Below, piece by piece: positions 44,972-56,836 of a stretch of DNA of 64,000 nucleotides (positions are counted from its first letter, which is position 1; each line of letters starts with the position of its first letter). The notes beneath the pieces were generated by a model, which was not told where the DNA came from, made no database searches, and saw nothing but the letters and a program-made list of their open reading frames with translations. This stretch comes from Basidiobolus meristosporus CBS 931.73 (Eukaryota; Fungi; Basidiobolomycota): NCBI GenBank assembly GCA_002104905.1, contig MCFE01000496.1, forward strand, positions 1-64,000, given 5' to 3'. The translations under genes were made by a program, and so were the position numbers.

Positions 44972-46999
44972 TATTATTAAAGTTTGTAAGTCCATCTAAA
45001 TATTCATCTAACTTTGTCACTTAGATCATTATCTTCAAATCCTAGAGAATACTGACCAAGCTCCTTGTTGGGATTCACTTAGAATACTTTCACCAAAATA
45101 TCAGGTACCCAGAGCACAAAGATGCTGTAAGTTGTCTAAACAGCCCCAAACTTTGCACAAGTATTTTTGGGACCTTCCTAAGCCTATTCCACATGTTTGT
45201 TATGCCAAGACCATGTCAAAGTATCAATACCACTTTTACATTCAATATATCATTAAGTGAAAACCACATGATCTACATGTTCTCCCAATCACTTCCAATA
45301 TCTCCAAGACTCTTACAGCAGGGTATGAGCCCCAAGCTGTCACTCTGTGCAATGTTTACTACTGCTACTACTGGAAGTCTTCCCTCAACTGAAAAGTTGG
45401 ATGCATTTAACTACCAAGTGTTGAAGGTGAAGATGAAGATACTGCTACAAGAGAGAGGCCTTTGGAATCTTGTCATGGGAGAAGGATGCCCTCCTAAAAG
45501 TGTAGGAGAGGAAGCCTTGAAGTACCAGAAGTAAGAACAAAGTGTCTTTAACTGTTTTTGCCTTATTGTTAAAAACAGATTGCAAGTTCAATGCTCAAGA
45601 GCAAAAGCAGCAGTGAATGCCTGGAAAGTATTAGTAAACATCTACCAGTCCTATTCAGCTGCTAAGAAAATGTATCATAGACAAAAGCTCTTTACTACAA
45701 AGAAGCTGCCAGGAGAAGAAATGAAAAATCTAATTAGCAGAATACCCTGCTAGCAGTTGGATGGATTCTATGGGTGTACCAACTACTGATGTAAATTTGA
45801 TAGTTAACATGTTGAATAGCAAGCCAGACAGGTTTCAGGGCCTTGTATCAGCTCTAGAGTCTAGAACCAAAGATTTGACCTCAGATTACATATATAGAGG
45901 CTCCTGGATGAAGAATTAAAAAAATCATACACTCACAAGGAGGAAAAAGTAAATGCTTTGATAAGCAATGATAACCAGTGAAGAAGATACCCAAGACACT
46001 TCAAAGGCAATACCAACCTGTTTGCAACTACTGCTAAAGGAAAGGACACATATTAGACCGGGGCCTCAAAAAGAGAGATAGTCAGCAGAAAAAGCATGAA
46101 TATGAAAGTGCTGAAACAATTGAAGTTAAACTATTGGTATCTGCACTAAGTATGACCGCAAACAAGATTTCTCACATGTGGTATTTTGACTCTAGAGCAT
46201 TTCAACACATTATGCACCAGAAGGAACTTTTACCCAACATCCAGATATTCTAATTAAAAAGATTTGCATGGGTGATAATAGAATCCTTGATTTAGCTGGA
46301 GAGGGTACTTTCAATGTAAACCTTAGAAGTAGTGAAAGAAGCCATACACCTACCTTCAGAGAAATGCACTATGTATCAGAAGCAGCTAAGAATCTGCTAT
46401 TTCTAAGCAAGACCATAACAGTAGGATCCAGTTTCAGCTTTGCCAATGCTGGCTGCAGGATGATTGACAAAATGGTGCCAAAATTGCATTGGGCATCCAA
46501 AATCAGAATCTATACAAATTGACATATGTTTCATCATATCTGGAGGCCAATTCAAGTAACTTAAATGAGGAAACATCATTCCTTTGGTACAGGAGACTGA
46601 GACAAGTCAGTTTTGATTATTTGAGCAAAATGATCAAATATCAGCTAATATCTGGAGTAAAAACTGATTCCCCAGCAGGTTTCAAGCACTATAAGGCCTG
46701 CATATATGGGAGACAAGCCAGACAACTGTTCAAGAGCTCTGCATTAAACAAAACTAAGAAAAAACTAGATCTAGTTCACTCAGATTTGTGTGAGCTTATG
46801 CAAAATTTATCCTTAGAGAGGATGAAGTATTTTATCACATTTACAATTGATTATGCAACATACATATGGGTTGACCTCATGGGGAGAAAGGAGGAAGCTT
46901 TGTGTGGGTCAAGGAGTCTAGGGCCATGGGGGAGGGTGAAACTGGTGAAAAAATCAAGAAAATATGCTCTGACAATGGTAGAGAATAAACCTCAGAACT
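44972..46999 (+). mobile_element. Copia copy C: 5' LTR (44972-45320), PBS, decayed gag-protease-integrase
   Basis: PBS GGGTATGAGCCC (45321-45332); EKLDAFNYQVLKVKM, WYFDSRA, LWYRRL, LDLVHSDLC and a decayed RSDNG; ends at CCCTATG at 47000. Confidence 0.92.
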
Positions 47000-48818
47000 C
47001 CCTATGAAAATAAATTGGTTCTGTGGGTGAATCTAATCCAGATTAGCTGTCAGAATCCCATCAGGAGACTGCTATAATACCAGCAGCTTGGAATTAATGA
47101 CCCTCAACACAATCTTCTGATGGGATTATAATGGCATATGGCTAATTTTACCATCATATAAAGTTGAAAAACAATAAGTTGTTTGGGTGGTGTTTGGCCA
47201 GGGATTGCATGGCATTGCTGCAGTCTTTGTGTGCAATGCAACTATTGGAGAGGATCCAACCAGCCAGTACAACTAATTACCTCATATGGCAAAAAACTCA
47301 ACAGTGTTTTGAAAGCCTCAACACAAGCTTCCAATGGTATCATTATGGCAGTATAGTGGCCTGCAGCTAGTTCTGTATAATGCTACTGTACCAATATACC
47401 AAATGGTATTTCCTTTTTTTACCTCCTCTTGCACAATTAATATATTTCACTGTAGAATCACTCCTGCTTATTTGCTTACCCACTACTCCCTTGGGTATTT
47501 CACATATAGTTTGAGTCAAAAAAAATATGGACTCCTGCATACTAACCCCTACATATGTGCATACCTGCCACAATTGACACACTTCTATCACCTTAACTTT
47601 ACAGCTTTTTAGTGTGATACTTACAAAGTTGCCATATATCTTGTATTGCTGGTAACATATACATCTTGCAAACATTTGCTTGGCTGCCAGCACTTCTACC
47701 ATGAAAACCTCCTGAATATGTGCAACAACCTTTTTGATATATAGTCAATATATTCCTTCTCCCTGCTGGATTATAGCCCCCTGTTAGGTGCACTCTAGCT
47801 CTTTTTTGTGTGAAATCTGCATTGAATGGTGTAGAAATTAGCTTGTGACCAAAAGAAACCTGGCATACTCCGGTAGAGTCCTGCTAATAGAAATTAGTTG
47901 CTTGTTGCACCCAACCCAACTTTGCATTACTTAACTGATTACCCATGCATTGGGGCTCCTTAGCTTCTTACTACTTTAGGCATTGGTGTCTCCATGTGCA
48001 CATCTGTCCTCAGCATTTTCCAATTCTTCCTGGCTGTCCTCCATATGCCAGCTCATCACATCCATGATGCACTTGAAAGTAATATTCTTGATGAGATTAG
48101 GATATGGTAGTACCAGCTACTTGCCTTGTCTTCCTATCTCTCTACACATTGCTCTACAAGAGACTTCAAAAAGGGGAAGCCAGACCCAATATTCTCCAGA
48201 CACCAAGCCAGATAAAGTAGAAAGTAGATATGGTAGTGTCAGAGATCTACATGTTCAGCTTTATGTTTGCAATATAGCCGCTCAAACATGCTACAAATGT
48301 TATGAATAGACACAAGGCAGGAGGAAAAGCTAGGCATGGCAGGAAAGGACTTAGGTGTGGACCTTCAGGGCAAGGCAGGATTCAAGGCAAGGCTGTTTAT
48401 TCAAGACCTGTGTTTATCAGACTGAGGAATGCTTAAGGGGGGATAGGACTATAAATACTTTTTGGCTATACTGATGCCGAGAGATATTAGCTAATACTAA
48501 TGGGGTTGTGGGGTGAGGCACAGCAATGGCACTGGGGATAATGACATAGATGACACGGCACTGAGACAGGATGGGGAAATGGATTGGGTCACCTGATCAT
48601 GTGACTAAGTCATGTAACCTGGTATTTCCATATATGGTACTGGACTATGAAAAATACAATGGAAAGCTTCCATGGAATGTTCCATTGTGTAACAATGGTT
48701 TGGAATGGTCAGGAACTTTCTGGAAGGTGGTAGAAGGTTCCAGAAGGAATCTCTTAGAAATTGAGCTAGGAAGCTGAAACTTGGCATGGGTGTTCATGGT
48801 TGTCATGTGATCATGATA

Positions 48819-51800
48819 CTATTCTCCTCTTCCAGGCAAAGCTCTGTTTCCCTGTGGGGCAGGTTTTGCAGGATATTGTTGGTGGAACTGGGTGACTAGT
48901 TCTTGACAATTAGTGAGATGGGTAGCTGGTTCCCATGTTTGGTCACTAGGATCATAACCATTCCAGTCTACTAAGTAGTACAGCTTTGACCGGATATACT
49001 TGGAGTCTAGAATCTGTTTAACTTCAAATTCTTGATGTTGGTCAACCTGGATGGCTTGGGGCTTTGCTTCTTGCCGGTTTGGCAATGTGTTCCTACAATG
49101 CGGCTCCAGGAGGGAAACATGGAAAGTATCATGGATTTTCATACTTGCTGGTAACTGTAGCTGATATACTATAGGGCTAAGCTTCTTCTTGATCTTGAAG
49201 GGACCAAGTTTCTTGAAATCCAACTTGTCACAAGGGCGGTTGGTGCTGATGTTTCTTCTGAGCAGCCATACAAAATCTCCTTCATTAAGATCAGGGCTGG
49301 GATGCCGTTTTAGATTGGCAAATTTCTTGTAGCTTTCCTGAGCTAAGGATAGTTCTTCCTTGAGGGTATCTGGATGTCCTGGATTGCTTGGGCATGTTCA
49401 GCTGCGTGTGGGCTCATTGGGTTTGTTGGAATCTGGATATCAAACTGAGGGTTGAATCCATAGTTTGCATAGAATGGTGTAAAACCGGTTGCACTATGGC
49501 TTGAGTTGTTGTAGGCAAACTCAGCAACAGGGAGTAGATCAACCCAATTGTCTTGCTGGTAATTGATATAGCACCGGAGGTATTGCTCTAGAATCTGGTT
49601 GATTCTTTCAGTCTGGCCATCAGACTGTGGATGGAAGGCAGTAGAGAGCTTGACTTGAACACCAAGGTATTGCATGAAGTGTTTCCAAAACTTGGACACA
49701 AACTGTGGGCCTCTATCTGACACAATATCACTGGGGATACCATGAAGGCGGAAAATATTCTTCAGGACTAAAGCAGCAGTTTCTTTTGCATCAGTGTTCT
49801 TACAGCAAGGGATAAAGTGAGCCATCTTGGTCAGCCGGTGAGCCACTACAAGTATAGCATTGAAGCCACATGACTCAGGGAGGTCAGTAATGAAGTCCAT
49901 AGATATAGATCTCCATTGGTGTTCTGGGATAGGCAAGGGCTGAAGAAGTCCATAGGGCTGGTGTCTGGCTGGTTTTGCACGGTTGCAAATATCACAAGTC
50001 AGAATGTACTCTTTGATAAGAGTTATCATTATAGGCCACCAGAAATCTCTTTTGATAGCATTCAAGGTTTTGGCAGTACCAAAGTGGCCTGCAGCCATTG
50101 AATCATGCCGAGACTTAATGATGTCTAGCTGGGTGGCAAGGTCTGGGACATAGAGCTGCTGCTTGTGGTAGATGAGGTTGTTTACCAAATGCAGGTTCTG
50201 GATGTTTGGGAACTTGGGAGGGGGCCCAATTGGGGATTCCAGATATTTCTTCACAGTGTTGGAAGTCATATCAGAGGCTTGGGCTTCTGATATCCTTACT
50301 AGGAATGAAGGGATGACAAGACTTGAGGACTGGGTGGCAAGAATCTCAAAATGTTTCTTGCTCAGCAATGGGTGTTCCATTTGCCAACAGGCATCATCTC
50401 CCTCTTCCAGGGCATATTCCTTTTTTCTGGACAGGGCATCAGGCTTTCCTTGTTTTGCACCAGGTCTATAGGTGATAGTAAAGTCAAAGCTGGACAGGAA
50501 AAGTGACCATCTGGCTTGTCTCTGGTTTAGTACTTTGGAAGTTGCAAAGTACTCAAGGTTCTTATGGTCACAGAAGACTTTGATTTTGTGTTTTGCACCG
50601 TCCAGGTAGTGTCTCCATTGCTCAAAGGCTACAATGATGGCAAGCAACTTCTTATCATAGATATCATAGTTGATCTCTGCAGGGGAAAACTTGCAAGAGT
50701 AGAATGCAATGGGGTGCAACACATTGTCCTCATCATACTGGGAGAGTATGGCACCAAGGGCAAAATCAGAAGCATCAGTCTCCACTATGAATTGCTTCTC
50801 AAGGTCAGGGTGGGCAAGTAGAGGGGCCTTCAGGAAAGATTTCTTGAGTTGGTTGAATGAGCTGGATTGCTCCTCGTTCCAGGCAAAAGGTGTGTTCTTC
50901 TGGGTAAGCTTTGTCAGAGGGGTAACTATCTTGGAGTAGTTGGCTATGAACCTGCAATAGAAGTTGGCAAATCCCAGGAAGGATTGTACTTCCTTGACTG
51001 AGCTTAGAGTTTTCCAGGACTGGACTGAGTCAACTTTCTTTGGGTCCATTCTTGTTCCCTCAGGGCTGATGAGGTAACCAAGAAATTCCACTTCTCTCTG
51101 GTCAAATTCACACTTCTCTAGCTTGGCATAGAGACCGGCAGAGTCTAGTTTTCTCAATACTTTCTTGACATGTTCATCATGTTCATCTTGGCTCTTGGAG
51201 TATATGAGAATATCATCAAGGTAGATTACCACAAACTGGTCAAGGTATTCACGGAATATGTCATTCATGAGGTGTTGAAACACAGCAGGGGCATTGGTGA
51301 GGCCAAATGGCATTACTTTGTACTCAAAGTGACCATATCTTGTGCAAAAGGCAGTTTTCCATTCATCACCAGGCTTGATTCTGACAAGATTGTAAGCTCC
51401 TCTCAAGTCTATCTTGGTGAAGACTTGGGCAGCAGATAGCTGATCCAACAGTTTGTTGATCAGGGGCAGGGGGTAGCGGTTCTTGACTGTGATCTTATTC
51501 AAAGCACGGTAGTCCACACACATTCTGAGGGTGCCATCCTTCTTCTTGACAAAGAGGATTGGGGCTCCAGCAGGTGATTTGGAGTGCTGAATAAAACCCT
51601 TCTGGAGGTTTTCTTGAATATAACCATGGAGTTCTTTCAACTCTGGCTGGGAGAGGTTATATATTGGGCCAAATGGAGGGACTTTTCCATCTTCAAGGTC
51701 AATAGGGCAGTCATAAGGCCAATGGTCAGGGAGGAGTTCTGCTTTCTTCTTGTCAAAGACATGGGCAAACTCTTGGTACTTGGCTGGTATAGTTGCTGAG

Positions 51801-52366
51801 GGGGCTCCTTCAGCTGGCAAGGTATCTTGGGCTGTTGAACTGTTGGCAACCGTCTTTTCACGGTTATCAGGGTCTAGAGATTTCATGGAGTTGACTTGGT
51901 GGGATCTGGTGAATGACAGGATCTTGGATTTCCAATCAATACTTGGATTGTGGTAGCTCAACCATGAGCTTCCAAGCACAATAGGATAGTGTGGTGAGTT
52001 GATGATGTTGAAGGCGATTCTTTCTTGGTGGGCAGTACTGGACAGCTGGAGTAAGCATGTTTCATGGGTAACGGCACCAGAGGAGAGTGATCTTCCATCA
52101 ATAACTTCTACTTGGACTGGACAGGATTTCAAGGTAACAGGAATAGAGTGCTTCTGGACAAAGGCTTGGTCAATGAAACAGGATGAAGCACCGGAATCAA
52201 TCAGGGCTAGGGCTGGGACAGGACCAGAGTCAGGGATCTGGATTTTGACAGGCATTCTCAAGGACTGGATAGATTTTGTGGCAAAGGAAGATTCTTGGAT
52301 ATGCTGGATTTTCATGGGTGGGTCCAGTTGCAAGCCTGTCAGTGCAACTGGACATTGGAGTTTCCC
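48819..52366 (-). pseudogene. Gypsy Pol (protease, RT, RNase H, integrase, chromodomain), reached by -1 frameshift and broken by one 1-bp deletion near 49371
   Basis: ALIDSGA, YLDDIL, ETDASD, H-H-C-C, SMDF/SDRG/QTER, GPF..VSLLEP, and chromodomain FEVKQIL..YYLVDWNGY...TWEP. The frame is restored at ATC CA_ GAT ACC CTC and is then open to the PPT. Confidence 0.93.
52322..52366 (-). promoter_or_regulatory. -1 programmed ribosomal frameshift signal
   Basis: G GGA AAC heptamer in the gag frame (52366-52360), 6-nt spacer, then an 11-bp perfect stem GTCCAGTTGCA/TGCAACTGGAC with a 10-nt loop containing the gag stop. Confidence 0.9.
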
Positions 52367-53301
52367 GGCAGATCTGGATCAGGTTGGTTGCTGGAGGACT
52401 GCATCAGCTTGAAGCTGGACTTCTTGTTGGGGCAGGACTTGGCAAAGTGACCTGGTTGGCCACAGTATAGACAGAGGTTGGCTTGTTGACGTCTGGACTT
52501 TTCACTCTTTGATAGTTTCTTGTATTTGGCACTATCAATCTGCATAGGATCTTCTGGAGTGACTTGGGGAGCAGGAGGAGCTGGGACTGCAACAGGAATG
52601 TGTCTTTGACAATTCTTTTGCTTCTTCTGAAATACTCTGTTATCACACTGGATTGCTTGGTGCATAGCTTCAACCAATGTATTTGGATCTGGGAGTGTGA
52701 GTAGCAGATCACAAACTTCATCATTAAGGCAATCTTGAAATTGGCTTATCAAGGCTGCTTGACCCCAGGAGCTGTGGTCACTGGAGAGTTGTTGGAATTC
52801 TGAGGCATAGACTGATGCTGGTTTGTTCCCTTGTTTGAGGGTCTTGATCTTGTTGGCAGCAGTTCTGGCTTGGTCAAGGTTACCAAATGTTAGCTCCATT
52901 TCAGTGAGAAAGGCTTGGTAGTCTCTGAGGAGGGGAGAGTTGGTCTCCACTAATGGGGAGAACCACTTGAGAGCTGTACCAGTAAGCAGGTTGGAGATGA
53001 AACCAACTTTGGCCTGGTCAGTGGGGTACCGGTTGGGCTGGAGTGCAAGATTGCTCTTCACCATGTTGATGAAGCCACGGAATTCATTCTGAGAGCCATT
53101 GAACTTGGTAGCAGGAGTATACTTGGGTTCTTGGTAGACTGGGACATGGCTAGTTTGCTGGGCACTTTGGTTCTGGAACTGAGCAAGAGTGTTTCTGAGG
53201 TCTACATGGTCTTGCTGCAGTTGGGTAAAGGCAGCCATGAGCTGGGCAAAGTTCAGCTCTAGGTTGGACATGGTAGCAGAGGAAGGCGGATGAACTTGCA
53301 A
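52339..53301 (-). CDS. Gypsy Gag (PEG10/sushi-like) with CCHC knuckle
   Basis: GTALKWF, KQG...YASEF, PMQID and CLYCGQPGHFAKSC. Confidence 0.95.
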   Translation of the reverse strand: MQVHPPSSATMSNLELNFAQLMAAFTQLQQDHVDLRNTLAQFQNQSAQQTSHVPVYQEPKYTPATKFNGSQNEFRGFINMVKSNLALQPNRYPTDQAKVGFISNLLTGTALKWFSPLVETNSPLLRDYQAFLTEMELTFGNLDQARTAANKIKTLKQGNKPASVYASEFQQLSSDHSSWGQAALISQFQDCLNDEVCDLLLTLPDPNTLVEAMHQAIQCDNRVFQKKQKNCQRHIPVAVPAPPAPQVTPEDPMQIDSAKYKKLSKSEKSRRQQANLCLYCGQPGHFAKSCPNKKSSFKLMQSSSNQPDPDLPGNSNVQLH

Positions 53302-53664
53302 GGAATACTGGAATATGCTAAACTAGGTTGTGGGTTTGTAAAGCCACTAGTATGTCAAGAATACAACTATTGAGCCACAATCCCCAACTTAAATAAGTTA
53401 GCGTCACTTCAGAAGGTACTGGTTTCAACATCCTTTGATAGAGTATTGTACTAAAGCTTCCAGTACTGTAACAACTGTAAACTCCACCAGCAGGGTAATA
53501 AAGTGAATGCAGCTTTGACCAATAGTTTTACAAAGATAAAGTATCTTTGCCTTTATAGGACAAGACTAGGGAAAGATGATGGGTGATACTTACGGTGAGT
53601 ATTCCTTTTACAAGTTTTCTTCAAACTTTGAGCAGAAGGCAGGGATCCACAGGTAAGTCAGGAG

Positions 53665-53837
53665 AGTCTGATAAAACTGTTATGAATAGACACAAGGCAG
53701 GAGGAAAAGCTAGGCACGGCAGGAAAGGACTTAGGTGCAGACCTTCAGGGCAAGGCAGGATTCAAGGCAAGGCTGTTTATTCAAGACCTGTGTTTATCAG
53801 ACTGAGGAATGCTTAAGGGGGGATAGGACTATATATA
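53665..53837 (-). promoter_or_regulatory. LTR TATA box, predicted transcript start and self-priming PBS
   Basis: TATATATA at 53837-53830; AGTCTGATAAA (53803-53793) is exactly complementary to TTTATCAGACT (53675-53665), 2 nt past the 5' LTR. Confidence 0.8.
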
Positions 53838-56836
53838 CTTTTTGGCTATACTGATGCCAAGAGATATTAGCTAATACTAATGGGGTTGCGGGGTGAGGCA
53901 CAGCAATGGCACTGGGGATAATGACATAGATGACACGGCACTGAGACAGGATGGGGAAATGGATTGGGTCACCTGATCACGTGACTAAGTCATGTGACGT
54001 GGTATTTCCATATATGGTACTGGACTATGAAAAATACAATGGAAAGCTTCCATGGAATGTTCCATTGTGTAACAATGGTTTGGAATGGTCAGGAACTTTC
54101 TGGAAGGTGGTAGAAGGTTCCAGAAGGAATCTCTTAGAAATTGAGCTAGGAAGCTGAAACTTGGCATGGGTGTTCATGGTTGTCATGTGATCATGACAAC
54201 AAACTCCTTGCAAAAATGCTGTAGATGTGTCAAGTTGGCATTGATGATCTGCTTCTGGATAAATATTTCAGAATGTTCACATATTACTGCCAATGCTTCC
54301 AGTGTACTTTTGGTGGAAATAGCTTCAGAAGGCCACTTAAATCAATACATATTTGGTTCATTCAGTCCTTGCACTTGAAAAGTTGCTTATGTGTTCAAAT
54401 GTTGATTGGAGCCCATGAGCAGTACTGATGGTAGCAGATACTCTGCAATATCTTGCCAATTAGTTCATAATTTCTCTGGTATCTCAAAAGGCTCATTTAG
54501 CCAATCAGTTTAGGGATATTGCTGAAAAGCAAATGCGTGACTCCCAGTGGAGAGCTTTTGCTCCAGCAGATACCCTCTATGTTAAGTATCTCAAGTTTCC
54601 AATTAATTCCATATTCTGGCCAATGGCTTAGAGCTTACCAGCTTTACTGCAATTGCATGCGGACTTCTGTATGTCCTCATTACAAAAAGCTAATGTTCTT
54701 AGTATTGATGTTTGGGTAAAAATAAAGTGTGTGTGTTACAGAGTGGGTCCCCTGGGTCTCACACATTTGACAGCAATGCCATCCATTGTGCCCAGAAAAG
54801 CTGGCTATCTTGCTGATGGCTGGGGTATCTCCCCTGCTGATAATAATATGGGCTTTGACATAAAGGCCATACACCAATATCCTGCCAGAAAGCATACAAA
54901 ACTCATCCAGAAAAGGTTACAGGTAGCATCCAGGTTAGAAAATGATTTAGGCTCAGACACCCATGAGCCTACCATTAGTTTTCTGCTCTCATACTATAAA
55001 ATAGATGGCAGCTTCAGGTTGATGAGAATCAGTAGCCAGCAGGATTTGCTGGTAGTGTACTAGTTTAATTCAAGTTCATCAAGTGCCAAGGCAAAGGCAT
55101 GGTTGTACATACTTTCAAAGTAGCCCTTGCTTCTTGGCTTATTGTAATGTTTGCCATCAACTATATTTAATATATTTGCCCTTGATTGTTACTAAGTGCA
55201 GTACTTTATAGCTTCACAATATTTGTTGCACTGCATGAGCTTCTTTAGACAGGGTATTACCGGAATATATGCAGAGTGTGAGCAATGTGTTCCCCAATGG
55301 TGGTGGACTCCTGTCAAGTAGGACACCTTGCAATGGCGGCATTTTCTGATTTGAATATCATGCAACTGCTAACACAAACTGGTATTGGGACAGTCTCTGG
55401 GTGATTTTTTGGCAGCTGCATGACAGTTGTCCATTTAAACATTATACATGGTAGGTTGCATCCAGGGATGATTTTGGCAAGAAGCAGTAGTGAATCCTCA
55501 AGGTCCCCATGACTGATATTAGTTGAAATGTGCCACTTCTCTAGCCACAACATCACATCATTCCCCAGTAGTTGGATTACTGGGCTCACTTGACTCCATA
55601 AAATATCATTGGCATATTTCTCCATGGGTGTTGTCTCATTGCGTAATGGGATCTTGCCAGGCTCATGCAGGATACTGTTGTTAAGGGAGATAGGTTCATA
55701 ATGCATCAGGGAGCTTGCCTTTTCAGAGCTATCACTCTGCATGCCATATTCAGAAGGCTGGGGTGAGCCCAAGGGCATCACAAGCTCACCTCACTTGGTT
55801 TGCACAAGGTGACAAGTACAGCCAGGTGCTGTTAAAGATGTATAAGGTGACAGGCAAAATATTGCTGGTACAGTAGTGACTGGTGAATGGTCAAGTGTGA
55901 CCTGTGTGCAAAACACTGGCTGTGATCCTTGTAATACTTCCCATGCTGTATACATGCTTCATGGCTTAGAGGCTTGCTACAATAGTCACATGGTCTTTTT
56001 TGTCTTCTCTTACAGTATTCAATCAAAGTAGTCTTGTTCATGGAGCAAACAGTATGACACTTGACAATGTAATGCTATTATGGCATTTTGTTATCAATAC
56101 TCACGTAAATTTAAAACAGTATTGTATATGAGTCATTGCACCTAAATGAATGTAAGACTCAATGATGACCAGCCATAGTAAGCATTATAAGTCAAATTGT
56201 AGCACCTTATACAGATGTATAAGTATCACCATTTACCCTCTGGCTAAGCTCACTTCTGTATTTAAGCCCCCAAAAATAAAGCAAAGTTGACTAGTACCTA
56301 ATCAAATCCTACTGCTGACAGCAGCAGAAGAAATGTTAGATAACAGCTTACTTTGACATTCAGTGAAACAAGTGAAGCTACAACCAAAAAAGGCCCTGTG
56401 AACAGTGTGCCCACCAAAGGTAATAATGCAGGCTCCTCAAGCTCTCAGTCAAGTAGACAATTGGGAATCTCTGCAGTGTAGTGGGGTCACAGTGACACCC
56501 ACAGGCAGATGTGCTCATTCCCATATGTTCCCTTCCCTAAAAAACATTACCCCCCTATATTAGTATCAATATTTTCTATCTGTCTATGTAATTATTACTA
56601 TGTTACCTGGCAAACTATTTATCACTATTTACCCATTGTACAAGCTATTCCTATTCCTTGCCAAGATGCCAAGATAAGATAGTAACCATATAAGGCAAGT
56701 GTCCCCAACAGTGCCTATGTCATGTGACCATCCTGATTTCATAACCATCCAATACTTCTACCATATGAGGTAACCACATGGCATAGAGGTTTCATATTAC
56801 CACTATCTGATTGGCTAGGTACTACTATGCTTCATG

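Larger units (their letters stand above)
48298..54198 (-). mobile_element. Full-length chromodomain Ty3/gypsy LTR retrotransposon (Tf1/sushi-like)
   Basis: Two 521-bp LTRs (48298-48818 and 53678-54198), TG...CA ends, TSD ACAAA at 48293-48297 and 54199-54203, PPT GGAAGAGGAGAATAG (48833-48819), and gag-PR-RT-RH-IN-CHD order. Confidence 0.99.
47000..56830 (-). mobile_element. CACTA/En-Spm (CMC) DNA transposon family 1 with a decayed Tnp2-type transposase; interrupted by the gypsy insertion; right end not found
   Basis: Fragments in order: CVSSCMIF..RCP; YIPVIPCLKKL; NIVDGKHY; SCWLLILINLKLP; GDTPAISK...GHNGWHCCQMC; then across the gypsy TSD KEFV.MFERLY...HIYFLLYL. Terminus CCCTATGAAAA at 47000. 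Confidence 0.85.
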
